Shown: in pieces, positions 7,790 through 17,686 of the stretch
Layout: every line of letters begins with the position of its first letter
How positions within the stretch are numbered: position 1 is the first letter of the stretch
IMG/VR virus record: IMGVR_UViG_2802429245_000013
Reading direction: 5' to 3' (one strand)
Origin: a virus
Taxonomy: Duplodnaviria > Heunggongvirae > Uroviricota > Caudoviricetes
DNA: 45,041 nt
The notes under the pieces: generated by a model
Told to the model about the DNA's origin: nothing
Databases searched by the model: none
The model's input: only the letters and a program-made list of their open reading frames with translations
Program-made: the position numbers and the translations under genes

Positions 7790-9907
7790 TTACCCCGGTA
7801 TTTGTTGCATTCCGGCGAGTTGTGCCAGTATATCTGAACCTGGTTTTTGTTGAACTTCGAGCCTGATTACCTGAGAAGCATTATTTGATGAATATACGTT
7901 CCCCCGGTTCATTGCCAGCGCCCGCATCACATCATCGCCACTTACAGCACGAGCGGCGGCCCCATTTTCATGGTTAATAATGCCCTGAATTAGCTTTCTC
8001 ATTAGCTCAAAATTAGAACCATCGATTTTCTCCTTAACACCTAATCCGGTGTACTGAGAGAGATAACTTTTATAGGACGATGTGTTATTTCCATCAGATG
8101 AAGGGGCATAAATATCAATAATCTGATCAATCGTATTTTTGCCGCGCTTCAGATATAGCATGACCTGTCGATCCAACGCAGCAATACCTTCCAGCATCGT
8201 CGGGAAGCTGGCAAAACGGGCATTTGGCCCCGATTCCAGGGTCGCCCCTTTTTGTCCTGCGAAATTAAGGTTTCCGGGATTGTTATTCCTGATCCCTCTG
8301 GATAAATATGCTGACCTGTTTACATTGTTTGAATATTCCTGCAATCCGTTTGCTGTCGCCACTCCCGGAATATCCATAGCAATTTCAGGCGTTCCCTGAA
8401 CGGTATTTTTACGCCCAAGATCGGTATCAATACCTATCCAGCGAAGCGCATCACCAACATTTCTCTTGGTGTAGTCCCATGATGAATTTGCCGAAGCGAT
8501 GATATTTTCGTGATCCTTATACGCATAAGCACCATAAGCCATTGCCGCAGAGATCAACGGATGCCTCATCATCGCAGTTACAACCGCACTCGCCACTCCA
8601 GTGAAAGCCCCGCTTCCTCCGGCAATAACCGCAGCCCCAAAAAGCCAGGGATGCTCAGCCGCAAAACCTACAAATCCGCCAAGAGCCTTAGTGACCTTTG
8701 CAACATTTCCGGCAAAATTATTCAGGTCGTTATTAAAATCCGGGCCATTTACGTACTTACCAAGCTTATCCAGCCCCGTTCCAACATCAGTCAGAATCCT
8801 TTTAAAGTTCTCACCATTCATGAAATTCAAGGCAGCATTCGTAGTACCATCAGAAATTCTGATTAAAGCGTCTGCATTCCCCGCCATAGCTCCTTGAAAT
8901 CCACTGGTCAGTCGATCCCAGTTATTTTCCAGGTTACTGGTAAGATTCTGATATTTACTTGTATGTGCAGATGTGAGCAACGAGTCATTCTGAGAAGCTC
9001 GCGATAAAAACTCTTTGTTGAGTTCAGGTATTTTGTCCTGATATTTGACTAACTGGTTAGCAAGACCAAAATTTACCCATCCAAGGCCACGGCCTCTGAG
9101 CATGCTCTGAGTAAGCCCGGAACCTTCATATTCCTTTGCAAGAGCAGCGACTCTTTCTAACAACACAGGGAGATTTTCTGCTGCCCCTTTTTTAGGATTT
9201 ATCCCTAACCCAATTAGCCCGTTGTAGGCAGGATGCTGAGTGTCATTCTGCGCGGCTGCCAGTGTATTGAGCAAATTACCAACACCGGAAAAATAAGGCG
9301 AATAGGTACTCTCTGCCGCCTTTAATTCTCCCGGCGTTGCCACAAGCTCATCTGCATTTTTCTGTTTTTCTACAACACTACGGGCCATCATGCCAAAGCC
9401 AAACGGCCCGGCAACGCCCATAACCGCAAGTTTTGTCCCCCACGATACGGTGGTTTTAAACAGGTTGTTTAATCTCGAAGTGGTCGTCCGTAGCGTAGAA
9501 TTGATCTGCTTGTAAGTTTTCAGCGTCTGTTTGGCGTTTTTCCCCAGCCCGCTGAGGTACTTATCAAACATCGTTTCGCCGCGACCTTTATAGTTGCTCA
9601 CCAGCGAATCCGCTGTTTTTCCGCTGCCAACAAAGCGCCCTTTTTCATCCCTTAAACGTCCATCACTGGACGCAGCCGGAACTGGCGCAGGTGAAGACGG
9701 TTTCCTGGGAGCCTGATTGGCTTCTCCGCCTGTGGTTGTCTGCCGGGCGCCACCTCCCTGACCTGTATTTGAAGGTATTTTAAGCGGCGTCCCGGCAGGA
9801 CCAATCATCAGCCCGTTGCGATACTTTTCAAATATCGCCTCAAGCCGCTTGAGGTGTTCTTCATTAACATCCAGCGTCAGAACTGGCATCTGGTTACCAG
9901 CCATCAC
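7790..9907 (-). CDS. Tail tape measure protein, 705 aa
   Basis: ORF track; large Gly/Ala-rich protein directly downstream of the frameshifted chaperone pair. Confidence 0.6.
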   Translation of the reverse strand: MMAGNQMPVLTLDVNEEHLKRLEAIFEKYRNGLMIGPAGTPLKIPSNTGQGGGARQTTTGGEANQAPRKPSSPAPVPAASSDGRLRDEKGRFVGSGKTADSLVSNYKGRGETMFDKYLSGLGKNAKQTLKTYKQINSTLRTTTSRLNNLFKTTVSWGTKLAVMGVAGPFGFGMMARSVVEKQKNADELVATPGELKAAESTYSPYFSGVGNLLNTLAAAQNDTQHPAYNGLIGLGINPKKGAAENLPVLLERVAALAKEYEGSGLTQSMLRGRGLGWVNFGLANQLVKYQDKIPELNKEFLSRASQNDSLLTSAHTSKYQNLTSNLENNWDRLTSGFQGAMAGNADALIRISDGTTNAALNFMNGENFKRILTDVGTGLDKLGKYVNGPDFNNDLNNFAGNVAKVTKALGGFVGFAAEHPWLFGAAVIAGGSGAFTGVASAVVTAMMRHPLISAAMAYGAYAYKDHENIIASANSSWDYTKRNVGDALRWIGIDTDLGRKNTVQGTPEIAMDIPGVATANGLQEYSNNVNRSAYLSRGIRNNNPGNLNFAGQKGATLESGPNARFASFPTMLEGIAALDRQVMLYLKRGKNTIDQIIDIYAPSSDGNNTSSYKSYLSQYTGLGVKEKIDGSNFELMRKLIQGIINHENGAAARAVSGDDVMRALAMNRGNVYSSNNASQVIRLEVQQKPGSDILAQLAGMQQIPG

Positions 9908-10197
9908 AATACTCCTGCGGGATTTTTGAATTTGAGCAGCTCACGAAACTGAGCTGCCGTTTTTACATTCAGACCGGAATCTGCACAGATGTCTCTGAAT
10001 CCGGCTCCGGCTGAGTAGTCGAGGATGTCGCTGATGACGTGTTCGCCGTCGCGCCAGAACTGGCGGCTGATTTCAATGTCGGCAATGAAACGATCCATTC
10101 CGTAAGATTCAATGACGAGCATTGAGTGCTCCATATTCCATTGACCACATCCATAGTCCCCTTCGCCTGCTCCGGTGAATTTATCGACGAGACGCAT
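9904..10197 (-). CDS. Tail assembly chaperone -1 frame extension (T-like part of G-T fusion)
   Basis: ORF in -1 frame relative to 9969..10598, opening right at the T8 run and ending 3 nt before tape measure start. Confidence 0.45.
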   Translation of the reverse strand: MRLVDKFTGAGEGDYGCGQWNMEHSMLVIESYGMDRFIADIEISRQFWRDGEHVISDILDYSAGAGFRDICADSGLNVKTAAQFRELLKFKNPAGVL

Positions 10198-10598
10198 GTA
10201 AAAAAAACGAGTTCACCCGCAACATCATCCAGCTCAACGATTTCACGCTCCAGCGCCATATCAAGAGGGATTGTGTCGTAACCTTTGCCCTCCACCGGAT
10301 AAACAAGGTTTGCCAGGCGAATTATTTCGTTCACCAGCGTATTACGAACTCCCTTATCATCGTCCCAGATACCGGAATCACGCGAGATCCGCTCCAGCAT
10401 CAGAAAAGCGATACGCGGACCCGCAACGACGCCAAGACCTTCAGAAAAAATGGCAGAAAAGGTTTTACTCAGAATGAAGAAATGCTCTTTAAACACCTCT
10501 TTGCTGATCGGCGTGGCATGGATCCAGCCATTACCCTTTTCTGTCCGGACAGGAATAATCAGATTCAGATTTCGGGAGATTTTCATACCAGATCCCAC
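9969..10598 (-). CDS. Tail assembly chaperone (G-like, zero frame)
   Basis: ORF track 209 aa; located between tube and tape measure genes; contains run of eight T on the coding strand. Confidence 0.5.
   Translation of the reverse strand: MGSGMKISRNLNLIIPVRTEKGNGWIHATPISKEVFKEHFFILSKTFSAIFSEGLGVVAGPRIAFLMLERISRDSGIWDDDKGVRNTLVNEIIRLANLVYPVEGKGYDTIPLDMALEREIVELDDVAGELVFFTCVSSINSPEQAKGTMDVVNGIWSTQCSSLNLTEWIVSLPTLKSAASSGATANTSSATSSTTQPEPDSETSVQIPV
10200..10207 (-). other. Candidate -1 ribosomal slippery site (eight consecutive T on coding strand)
   Basis: Plus strand aaaaaaaa at 10200-10207; zero frame reads GTT TTT TTT ACA, -1 frame continues into MRLVDKF... ORF. Confidence 0.45.
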
Positions 10599-11026
10599 AT
10601 TTCAGAGTTGATGTAATACGTACCGGTAATGGTGATGGCCACACCCGGCTCGCCCCCGGCGAAGGTCATATCCTGCACGTTGGTGATCGCCGTGTTATAG
10701 ATATCGAAGTCACCGAATACCGTGCTGTCGCTATACACTTTTGCGTCGCCGATCGTGGCGTTTTTTTCCCATTGCGCCTTGAATTGTTTTCCCAGCGCCT
10801 GGCTACGCAGCAGATGAACACGCGCCTGTAAAATCATGTATGGCTGCGGCGACTGCACAGCTCCCGTCATAGCGGGTAAAAACTCCGTGATATTGCCCTG
10901 AAAGGACAATTCGACGCCTTCTTTTGCCAGAAATGAGGCGGACACATTCAGTTCGGAATGAGAGGTGAATTTAACGCTGGCGCGAACCCGGTTAAGGGTG
11001 CCAACGGGAATCATTGGATTAGGCAC
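10583..11026 (-). CDS. Tail tube protein, 147 aa
   Basis: ORF track; small protein immediately after sheath gene. Confidence 0.55.
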   Translation of the reverse strand: MPNPMIPVGTLNRVRASVKFTSHSELNVSASFLAKEGVELSFQGNITEFLPAMTGAVQSPQPYMILQARVHLLRSQALGKQFKAQWEKNATIGDAKVYSDSTVFGDFDIYNTAITNVQDMTFAGGEPGVAITITGTYYINSEMWDLV

Positions 11027-11037
11027 GGTTCAGTCCC

Positions 11038-12375
11038 TCACGAAAGCTGCATTGTCACATTGATGTTAAAAATGATTTCGACAAATCCGCGCATCGGCGT
11101 ATAGGAGGCCGAAAGGCCTGCATAACGCCCGATACCGTAATCATTCGGATTAGTGTTGATATACTGGCGGAAAGGCACTGCATCGACGACAGGCTGGCCG
11201 TTGACCAGGCCGTAAGATACGCCCGTATTGAACACCGCCTGTGCGACCTGCTGTAGACGGTCGATCCCGTCCTGGTTGTAGTAAAGCGGGTTAATTGGGT
11301 TATTGCTGCCGTTGATCACCGTGTTGGCGAGCTGCATATCGACGTTAATCTGCACCCAGTCTACGGAATACCAGTACGTCATATCGTTACCGTCACTGGT
11401 AACGCCTTTCACCAGAATCGTGTTGGAAATTCCACCCTCAGCACCCGTATCGACGTAGTTAATATTCTGCTTTGTCATCGTGGCCAGAATGGAATTTTTG
11501 CCCTTGTGGGCGTTTACCGCCTGCAGATAGCGAAATGCCATCGGCGGCACCTTGTTGATTTCTGAAGGTGATGCGGAAACATAGTTCCACATTACGGCTG
11601 CTGCCGCGTTTGTCGCCGGGTACGTATCATCCGCCGTTGCAATAACCGACTTAATACCGGCATAAGGCGAAACGTAATTCGTGTCGTCCGGCGTTTTCGT
11701 CAGCACGAAGAAATACTGCATCGCTTCGTTGGCGGTGTGGAGTTTTGCCAGACTGATAAACTCTGCGTCACCATCCCACGGCTGCGGCACCAGATACGCA
11801 TAAAAACGCAGGAGCGGATCTTCCATATAAGCTTTCAGTGCAGCGATTTCCTTACTGATCCCGCCTTTCTGTACTCCCAGCTCCAGCAGGTAAATCCCAA
11901 CTGAATTTCCCTGGGCAAAAAACGTGTTTACTGCCGTCACCAGATTTTCACTGCCGACAATGGAAAACTGCCCCAGTGTCACTGGCGAACCGGAAAGCTG
12001 AGAATCAGCAATCGTCCAGGTCAGTGTTTTTTCATCCGTGACGGTAGCAGTATATTCGCCATTCCACGCGTCGGGCGAACACCCGGAAACAACAATTTTC
12101 ACCTCAGAACTGTTTTCGCGTCGGATGTTGCTCCCTTCCGGAAGCGTCATCGTAACGGTGACGTTTGCCGCAGATTTTCCTGCGGCAGCCGCCGACAACG
12201 CAGCAATCGGATTTTTAACCAGATCGTTAATATCCTGATTGCTGGTGAGTAATACAGGCTTCCCCGGCTCATGAGTCGTGGAGCCAAACGAGAGAACCGC
12301 AGACATCTGCTGCAAATTCGAGGGTATAGCCCCGATGGTCTGGGACACATTCACCGTGACGATATTAAATCCCAT
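11038..12375 (-). CDS. Tail sheath protein, 445 aa
   Basis: ORF track; size and order sheath-tube-chaperone-tape measure. Confidence 0.55.
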   Translation of the reverse strand: MGFNIVTVNVSQTIGAIPSNLQQMSAVLSFGSTTHEPGKPVLLTSNQDINDLVKNPIAALSAAAAGKSAANVTVTMTLPEGSNIRRENSSEVKIVVSGCSPDAWNGEYTATVTDEKTLTWTIADSQLSGSPVTLGQFSIVGSENLVTAVNTFFAQGNSVGIYLLELGVQKGGISKEIAALKAYMEDPLLRFYAYLVPQPWDGDAEFISLAKLHTANEAMQYFFVLTKTPDDTNYVSPYAGIKSVIATADDTYPATNAAAAVMWNYVSASPSEINKVPPMAFRYLQAVNAHKGKNSILATMTKQNINYVDTGAEGGISNTILVKGVTSDGNDMTYWYSVDWVQINVDMQLANTVINGSNNPINPLYYNQDGIDRLQQVAQAVFNTGVSYGLVNGQPVVDAVPFRQYINTNPNDYGIGRYAGLSASYTPMRGFVEIIFNINVTMQLS

Positions 12376-13319
12376 TATTTAACCTCATATTTACAAATAA
12401 CTTTTTCAATCAACTGCCGGGATATTTCCCGGGCGGTGCTCTGGTAGTAATTCACGTCAAAATCGACAATTTTTTTCTTCGCCAGAGCGTTGATTTCAAC
12501 CTGTCCCGACTTTGCGTCCTGAACCACCGGAATATTAGTTACACCAAACCTTTCCTCCTCCAGCGCCCTGTTCACCACCGAGTCGACAAGATCCAGCGCC
12601 ATTTTGTTGCTGAATCCGTAAAGCGTCAGGCGAACCGAATCCTGGACTAGCTGGAACCGCTCACCGCCGAAAACAACGGGAGCCACCTGCAACGGAATAC
12701 TGTTGCGAACATCCACCGCGATATACGGAGGGCGAAGGTTCTGCGGTACCAGGTAAGACGGATACACGGTCGCGGCATCTTTCATTTGCAGCCAGATCGG
12801 GATGCTGTTGGAGATGATCTGCTCGTCGCTGATATCCTTCTCGCAGTCAATAATCTGAGAACGCATGGTTGGTAAAATCGCCATGCCGCGATAATGAAAA
12901 ATACCCGACTGCTGATAACGGCTCTCCATTCGTGAAAAAGCGAACTGGACGCCTCCGTACTCACCGAGATAGATCGCATCGGGATTTTCCACATTAAAAT
13001 CATCAACCTGCTGAACAGGCGTGAAAATAATGTTGTTCACATCCTTCGAGACAGACTCGTCCTGAATCGCAATAACCTGACGATGCAGGCTGCCTTTGAT
13101 TTTCAGACGAGTTGGTGACTCAATATTCAGGCGACACAGTTCATCGCAACTGATGATTTCCGCATTAACCCAATAGACAAAGCCATCCAGCGGCAGAACC
13201 TGCCGGACATAGAGCCTGAACGTGATTTCCTGGTCTGACGAGATGGTTTCAACTGCGGATTTAAGAACGGACGAGAGCTGCGAACTGTGCTGTTCGGCTA
13301 ATTCCTCAAGACTCGGCAT
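12375..13319 (-). CDS. Phage structural protein, 314 aa (neck/tail completion region)
   Basis: ORF track; operon context only. Confidence 0.35.
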   Translation of the reverse strand: MPSLEELAEQHSSQLSSVLKSAVETISSDQEITFRLYVRQVLPLDGFVYWVNAEIISCDELCRLNIESPTRLKIKGSLHRQVIAIQDESVSKDVNNIIFTPVQQVDDFNVENPDAIYLGEYGGVQFAFSRMESRYQQSGIFHYRGMAILPTMRSQIIDCEKDISDEQIISNSIPIWLQMKDAATVYPSYLVPQNLRPPYIAVDVRNSIPLQVAPVVFGGERFQLVQDSVRLTLYGFSNKMALDLVDSVVNRALEEERFGVTNIPVVQDAKSGQVEINALAKKKIVDFDVNYYQSTAREISRQLIEKVICKYEVK

Positions 13320-13761
13320 TATTATCTATCCACGCTATAAAGCTGCCCTTAAACAGGCCGCCGTCTATGAATGACGGACGCCGCTCTCCGGTATATTTGT
13401 CCTTAAGCCTGGAGTTAACGCCCAGTAGCGCGGCCTGAGTTGGCACAGGGTTTCCGTTAATCGTCATCCCGGCCATTTCTTCAGTTTCAAGAAAAATATG
13501 GAAAATCTTCCCGGTCCCTTCCAGAAAATGCTCGCCAGGTAGCGGAGCCTTATACTTGAAGTGATTGACCAACTGGTACGCCAGTTCAGTACCTGCCTCC
13601 TGGATAATCTCGTCCTTATGCATTTCCCAGAAGTGCGTAAAAATTTCGTATCGCTCCTCGAGGTCACAGGCTACGTCAAACGTGGTTTTTCCCGGCTCGT
13701 CGCCGTAGTCATACGGCTGGTCGATAACCCCAAAACAAAGTTTCATGGCGTGTAACCCCAT
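13306..13761 (-). CDS. Head-tail joining protein, 151 aa
   Basis: ORF track; operon context only. Confidence 0.3.
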   Translation of the reverse strand: MGLHAMKLCFGVIDQPYDYGDEPGKTTFDVACDLEERYEIFTHFWEMHKDEIIQEAGTELAYQLVNHFKYKAPLPGEHFLEGTGKIFHIFLETEEMAGMTINGNPVPTQAALLGVNSRLKDKYTGERRPSFIDGGLFKGSFIAWIDNNAES

Positions 13762-14183
13762 ACCGTGCCCATCTGCATCAGCACCGCAACAACCTGTCGT
13801 CCATACGGATCCTGTAACATCTGCAAATCCAGCAAAGACAGATTACTCAGCGCATCGCTGATGGTGATCGAACCCGATGTCCCCTGGTCTGCTGCCGCAC
13901 TGACAAGCCCAGTAGCCAGTTTCCCAAGGTTGAGTTTTTTTCTCAGGTCGGCAAACCACGAGCCTGGAGCGAAATTCAGGAGAAATGAGGCGGCAGCGTT
14001 ATAAACCGTTCGCACATAGATGATGGGTAAACGCTCCAGCCCCTGATCGTGAGGGATTAGCTCCATCGCAGACTGAAAGCAACATTCCAGCGTCGGATCA
14101 TCGTCAGCAATAGCGTGAACCGGTACTTTCATGTCGTCACGAACAAAGCGAATAAACCCCTCCAGTGACGGACGCAGGGTCAT
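13743..14183 (-). CDS. Head-tail connector/adaptor protein, 146 aa
   Basis: ORF track; operon context only. Confidence 0.3.
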   Translation of the reverse strand: MTLRPSLEGFIRFVRDDMKVPVHAIADDDPTLECCFQSAMELIPHDQGLERLPIIYVRTVYNAAASFLLNFAPGSWFADLRKKLNLGKLATGLVSAAADQGTSGSITISDALSNLSLLDLQMLQDPYGRQVVAVLMQMGTVWGYTP

Positions 14184-14668
14184 TATTTTTTAACCTTAAT
14201 ATTTCGCTTTGTGCTGGGCGGATTTTCCTGTTCGGTGTTAACCGCTTCCCCGGTGATTTCCATTTCAATACCACCTGGTTGAGGTTTTTCGCCACTCTGA
14301 ATCACCGCCTGATCCACTGCGTTATTCAGCGATACAGCGCTGGCTGCGAGAATTTCTTCTGACAGGGATTCCAGATTTTCCGTTTTCTGCTCCGCGCAAT
14401 CCTCAATGCGACCAACGCTCACAGGTTTATCGATGGAATAGCAGATACCAGAAAAATTCTTGTCCACCTTGTCACAACGCTGGAATCCGTAAGGCTCATG
14501 CTGTCGGATGATGTGGTCGATAATATCGGACTGATTTTCGATCATATGCTGACGTCCGGACGGAATTGTCACACCGAACGACTGCATTTTTTCGGGGAGT
14601 TTGTAGTTGAACGTGTGCGGCTGACGTGAGCAGTTAGCGATGTAGAGTTTCATAAATTTTTCCCACAA
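14183..14668 (-). CDS. Head completion protein, 161 aa
   Basis: ORF track; operon context only. Confidence 0.3.
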   Translation of the reverse strand: MWEKFMKLYIANCSRQPHTFNYKLPEKMQSFGVTIPSGRQHMIENQSDIIDHIIRQHEPYGFQRCDKVDKNFSGICYSIDKPVSVGRIEDCAEQKTENLESLSEEILAASAVSLNNAVDQAVIQSGEKPQPGGIEMEITGEAVNTEQENPPSTKRNIKVKK

Positions 14669-14710
14669 AAAAGGGGAGCATTTAGCTCCCCGCGTTATCA
14701 GGTTGAACGT

Positions 14711-15739
14711 TTATGCGTATTTGGCAGACAACAGGGTGATCCCCTCAGGGCGGAAGTTCCAGCCCGGCGTCGCGCGCATGGTATACAACGTGGTCAGGCC
14801 ACCATCCGGCATAGGGGATGGTATTTCCGTCGGCGCTGCCATATCACAGAACATCACGTTGACGGCCTGCTGGTTAGGAACCAGCGTGGAGAAAATATTG
14901 GTGTTAATGGTATGACGCGCTTCCGGAACCTCAATCGTCGGGTTCGTAACGATGATCAGGTCATTACCACCAGCGCCTTTACCGATCAGCGTGTCGTCCT
15001 GGCAGAAAATGATGTCGTCGCCTGTCGCCTTATCGGCGACATCTTTAACCATCGTTCCCACCGTTCCGGTACCACCACCAGGACGCTGATAACTGGTCAG
15101 CTCAACAATTCCTGTCCACTCCAGCGCCTTCATGAATCGCTGTGGGCTCAGAATAACAGTCGTTAATGGCTGCCCCAGCAGCAACATGCGGGTTTTCTGG
15201 TCAGCAATCAGGCCAAGCATAAATTTAGCCATCTCGCCGGAATCCCAGGTGGTGTATGAATCGTTACCTTTGCTGTCGTTGCCCAGATTCAGTGTCACTG
15301 CATTCGGGGAGTTGGTGATCCCTTCGTTATTCTTCGCTTCAACACCGTACAGCAGCATATTACGCAACATTTGAGCGTGTCCCTGGCGGTTAGCCAGGCG
15401 CAGGCCTTCAATCAGAGAATAGCCCCAGCGATCTGCTGCATCAGTATCGAGATAGCTGTATTGCGAGCGGGAAGAAATTCGGTAAGTCATCATCCCGTCA
15501 TAGCCGCCAGAGATACTGGAAGACGGTAACTGGCCCGGCAGAGACTGGCTGACCTGAGCCTGCGAGGTCATGCGCAGATATTTCTGATAGACCATCAAAT
15601 CACTGGAACTGATTTTTACTGCCGGAGCACCACCAGCCAGGACTTCAAACGCCCCGGAAGCCATGCTCTGTTGCACGATCATTTCCGGCAGCACCATTGA
15701 CGGCGACACAATAGTAGTCGCAGGAGTAAATGCGCTCAT
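14711..15739 (-). CDS. Putative major capsid protein, 342 aa
   Basis: ORF track; largest head protein downstream of scaffold gene. Confidence 0.5.
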   Translation of the reverse strand: MSAFTPATTIVSPSMVLPEMIVQQSMASGAFEVLAGGAPAVKISSSDLMVYQKYLRMTSQAQVSQSLPGQLPSSSISGGYDGMMTYRISSRSQYSYLDTDAADRWGYSLIEGLRLANRQGHAQMLRNMLLYGVEAKNNEGITNSPNAVTLNLGNDSKGNDSYTTWDSGEMAKFMLGLIADQKTRMLLLGQPLTTVILSPQRFMKALEWTGIVELTSYQRPGGGTGTVGTMVKDVADKATGDDIIFCQDDTLIGKGAGGNDLIIVTNPTIEVPEARHTINTNIFSTLVPNQQAVNVMFCDMAAPTEIPSPMPDGGLTTLYTMRATPGWNFRPEGITLLSAKYA

Positions 15740-15753
15740 TAATTAATATCCCC

Positions 15754-16371
15754 TTAAATTAAAAACAGGCCGCACGGTTTGCCGATTTCCCAGACAACGT
15801 TACCGCCATCCTCTTTTTTCACCGTCAGGTTTCCGTCAACTGAAACCATCAGCAACTTAATATCCACTTTCGGATTAGCTCCGGGTGATCCCGAATAAAC
15901 ATCAACCATGTTTTTCGTCAGATCCCACACAAAACCACTGGCAGCAACGGTGTTATTTCCATCAGCCAGCGCAACAACTTCTGCACTGACAGGGAGAGGA
16001 ATGCGGGCACCTGAGCCAACGCGGTAATAGTGAACAAAGCCACCCGCGAGATATAACGGCACCGGATTATCCGGCGTGGTAATGCCATGAAATGCCTGAT
16101 TAAAGACAGTAAAGGCGTTACAGGCGTCCTTCGTGGCTTGTTTAATTACCGCGCCGTTAACGCTGTCTTTCGCGGGAGCAATGCACTCCATAACTCCAAC
16201 GCCACCCCATACCGGTTCAGTGATTTTGCTGTCCAGTCGACCGGAGCAAAGTTGCAGACGAATTGCCGGATCATCCTGCGCATCCCCCTGCATCAGCCCA
16301 CGGGATTCGACGTTAAAAAGGCCACCAAATGCTCCACGGTTTTTAAACGGATGAAAGTTAATATCAGCCAT
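15754..16371 (-). CDS. Head protein, 205 aa (decoration or minor capsid protein)
   Basis: ORF track; between scaffold and capsid genes. Confidence 0.3.
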   Translation of the reverse strand: MADINFHPFKNRGAFGGLFNVESRGLMQGDAQDDPAIRLQLCSGRLDSKITEPVWGGVGVMECIAPAKDSVNGAVIKQATKDACNAFTVFNQAFHGITTPDNPVPLYLAGGFVHYYRVGSGARIPLPVSAEVVALADGNNTVAASGFVWDLTKNMVDVYSGSPGANPKVDIKLLMVSVDGNLTVKKEDGGNVVWEIGKPCGLFLI

Positions 16372-17686
16372 TGTTCAGGCTCCCTTGAGTGTTAATTTTT
16401 GCCAGACGACGCCCCGGAATTTTGAAGGCACTCAGCCAGACGTTCGGATCGCCCTGATATTCAGTAATGCGACGCCCGGCTTCATCGTTGCGGATACGTT
16501 TATGCAGTTGCCCCTGGGTACTCATCATTTCTTTTTCGATGGACTGACGGGCGGCACTGAAAATTGCGTCCTCAAGCACAGCCAGCGTTGCAGAATCCGC
16601 AATCGCGCGAATATTGACGTCCTTATGTGCCGGAGAGTGTTTCTGCATAGCGATTAGCGCACGCTTGCGGTAGTCCAGCGCATTTTCACCAGAAAACGGT
16701 GCTGGCGCGTTTTTACCGCAGGCACTGAATGCGGAGTCGGCTTTTGCCTGCGCTTCTGCCAGGGCAGAATCATTGCGTTCTTTTTCTGCCTCCTCGTCGG
16801 CCTTACGCTGTTCTTCTGCTTCGGAATCAGCCTTTGCTTTCTCCTCAGCATCTTTAGCTGCTGCCTCGTCAGCTTTGGCTTTTTCTTCCGCCTCCTTTGC
16901 CGCAGCTTCATCAGCTTTACGCTGTTCCTCTGCGGCTTCATCGGCTTTGGCCTTTTCTTCGGCCTCTTTTTTCGCCTGTTCTTCGGCATCCGCCCGCGCT
17001 TTGTCCCGCTGTTCCAGTGAGTCCATGCGCGTAACGACACCATCGATTTTCTGATTAATGCCTTGCAGGGCATCGCTCACAACCCCCTGTAACAGGGCCT
17101 GGAGTTCTTCTTTTTCCATCTCGATTTCACCTGTGTTTGTCACTTCAACCCCTGCGGGGATCCGGTCTTTATCCCACACGCCCAGCGAGCCGTGGGCTTT
17201 CGTCACCAGGGCGATGTGATCAACCAGGAAAGGAACGCCCTCGATTAAAAAATTGGTGTCACCTTCCTGTACTTCCACATTTCCTGATGTGCTGTTGAAC
17301 ACCACCGACGGACTTGTCGAAACATCCCCCTCAGTGATTTCTTCAACAATGCTCTGGAGGTAAACGCGGCACACCGCCCATACCTCATCACCCCGGATAT
17401 ACGGCAGCATGACGCTACCGACGATCCGCGATTTAAAATCCTCCTCCGTCAGAACTGCGTCGTCAGGATGGTTTGTGATAACCGGAAGGCCATTGCATCG
17501 CCTTAAAAACTCCTCGTTCAGATAGAGCTTTGGATCACGCCAGACGTGCTCTTTCAGCCCGGCGCGATAGGCAAGCCCGGTTCCGGTTATGCGCAAATTC
17601 ACCAACCACATGTTGGAGAATTTCACCGGAGACGGTACGGTTCCGTCCCTGATGCGTTCTGCCACTTCAAGCTCGGTTAAACTCAC
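16364..17686 (-). CDS. Head scaffolding / prohead protease-like protein with Ala-Glu-Lys repeat region, 440 aa
   Basis: ORF track; C-terminal half contains coiled-coil-like repeats EEKAKADEAAEEQRKADEAAAKEAEEKAKADEAAAK... Confidence 0.45.
   Translation of the reverse strand: MSLTELEVAERIRDGTVPSPVKFSNMWLVNLRITGTGLAYRAGLKEHVWRDPKLYLNEEFLRRCNGLPVITNHPDDAVLTEEDFKSRIVGSVMLPYIRGDEVWAVCRVYLQSIVEEITEGDVSTSPSVVFNSTSGNVEVQEGDTNFLIEGVPFLVDHIALVTKAHGSLGVWDKDRIPAGVEVTNTGEIEMEKEELQALLQGVVSDALQGINQKIDGVVTRMDSLEQRDKARADAEEQAKKEAEEKAKADEAAEEQRKADEAAAKEAEEKAKADEAAAKDAEEKAKADSEAEEQRKADEEAEKERNDSALAEAQAKADSAFSACGKNAPAPFSGENALDYRKRALIAMQKHSPAHKDVNIRAIADSATLAVLEDAIFSAARQSIEKEMMSTQGQLHKRIRNDEAGRRITEYQGDPNVWLSAFKIPGRRLAKINTQGSLNNG
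16780..16990 (-). repeat. Imperfect tandem DNA repeats (about 72 nt units) encoding the Ala-Glu-Lys repeats of the scaffold protein
   Basis: Recurring units such as CTTTACGCTGTTC(C/T)TCTGC and GGCTTTGGC(C/T)TTTTCTTC seen directly in sequence. Confidence 0.5.

Noticed and set aside
16654-17073. Highly basic 139-aa minus-strand ORF and Ala/Ser-rich plus-strand ORF 16773..17054
   Set aside because: Both are alternate-frame artefacts of the repetitive Ala-Glu-Lys coding tract of the scaffold gene.
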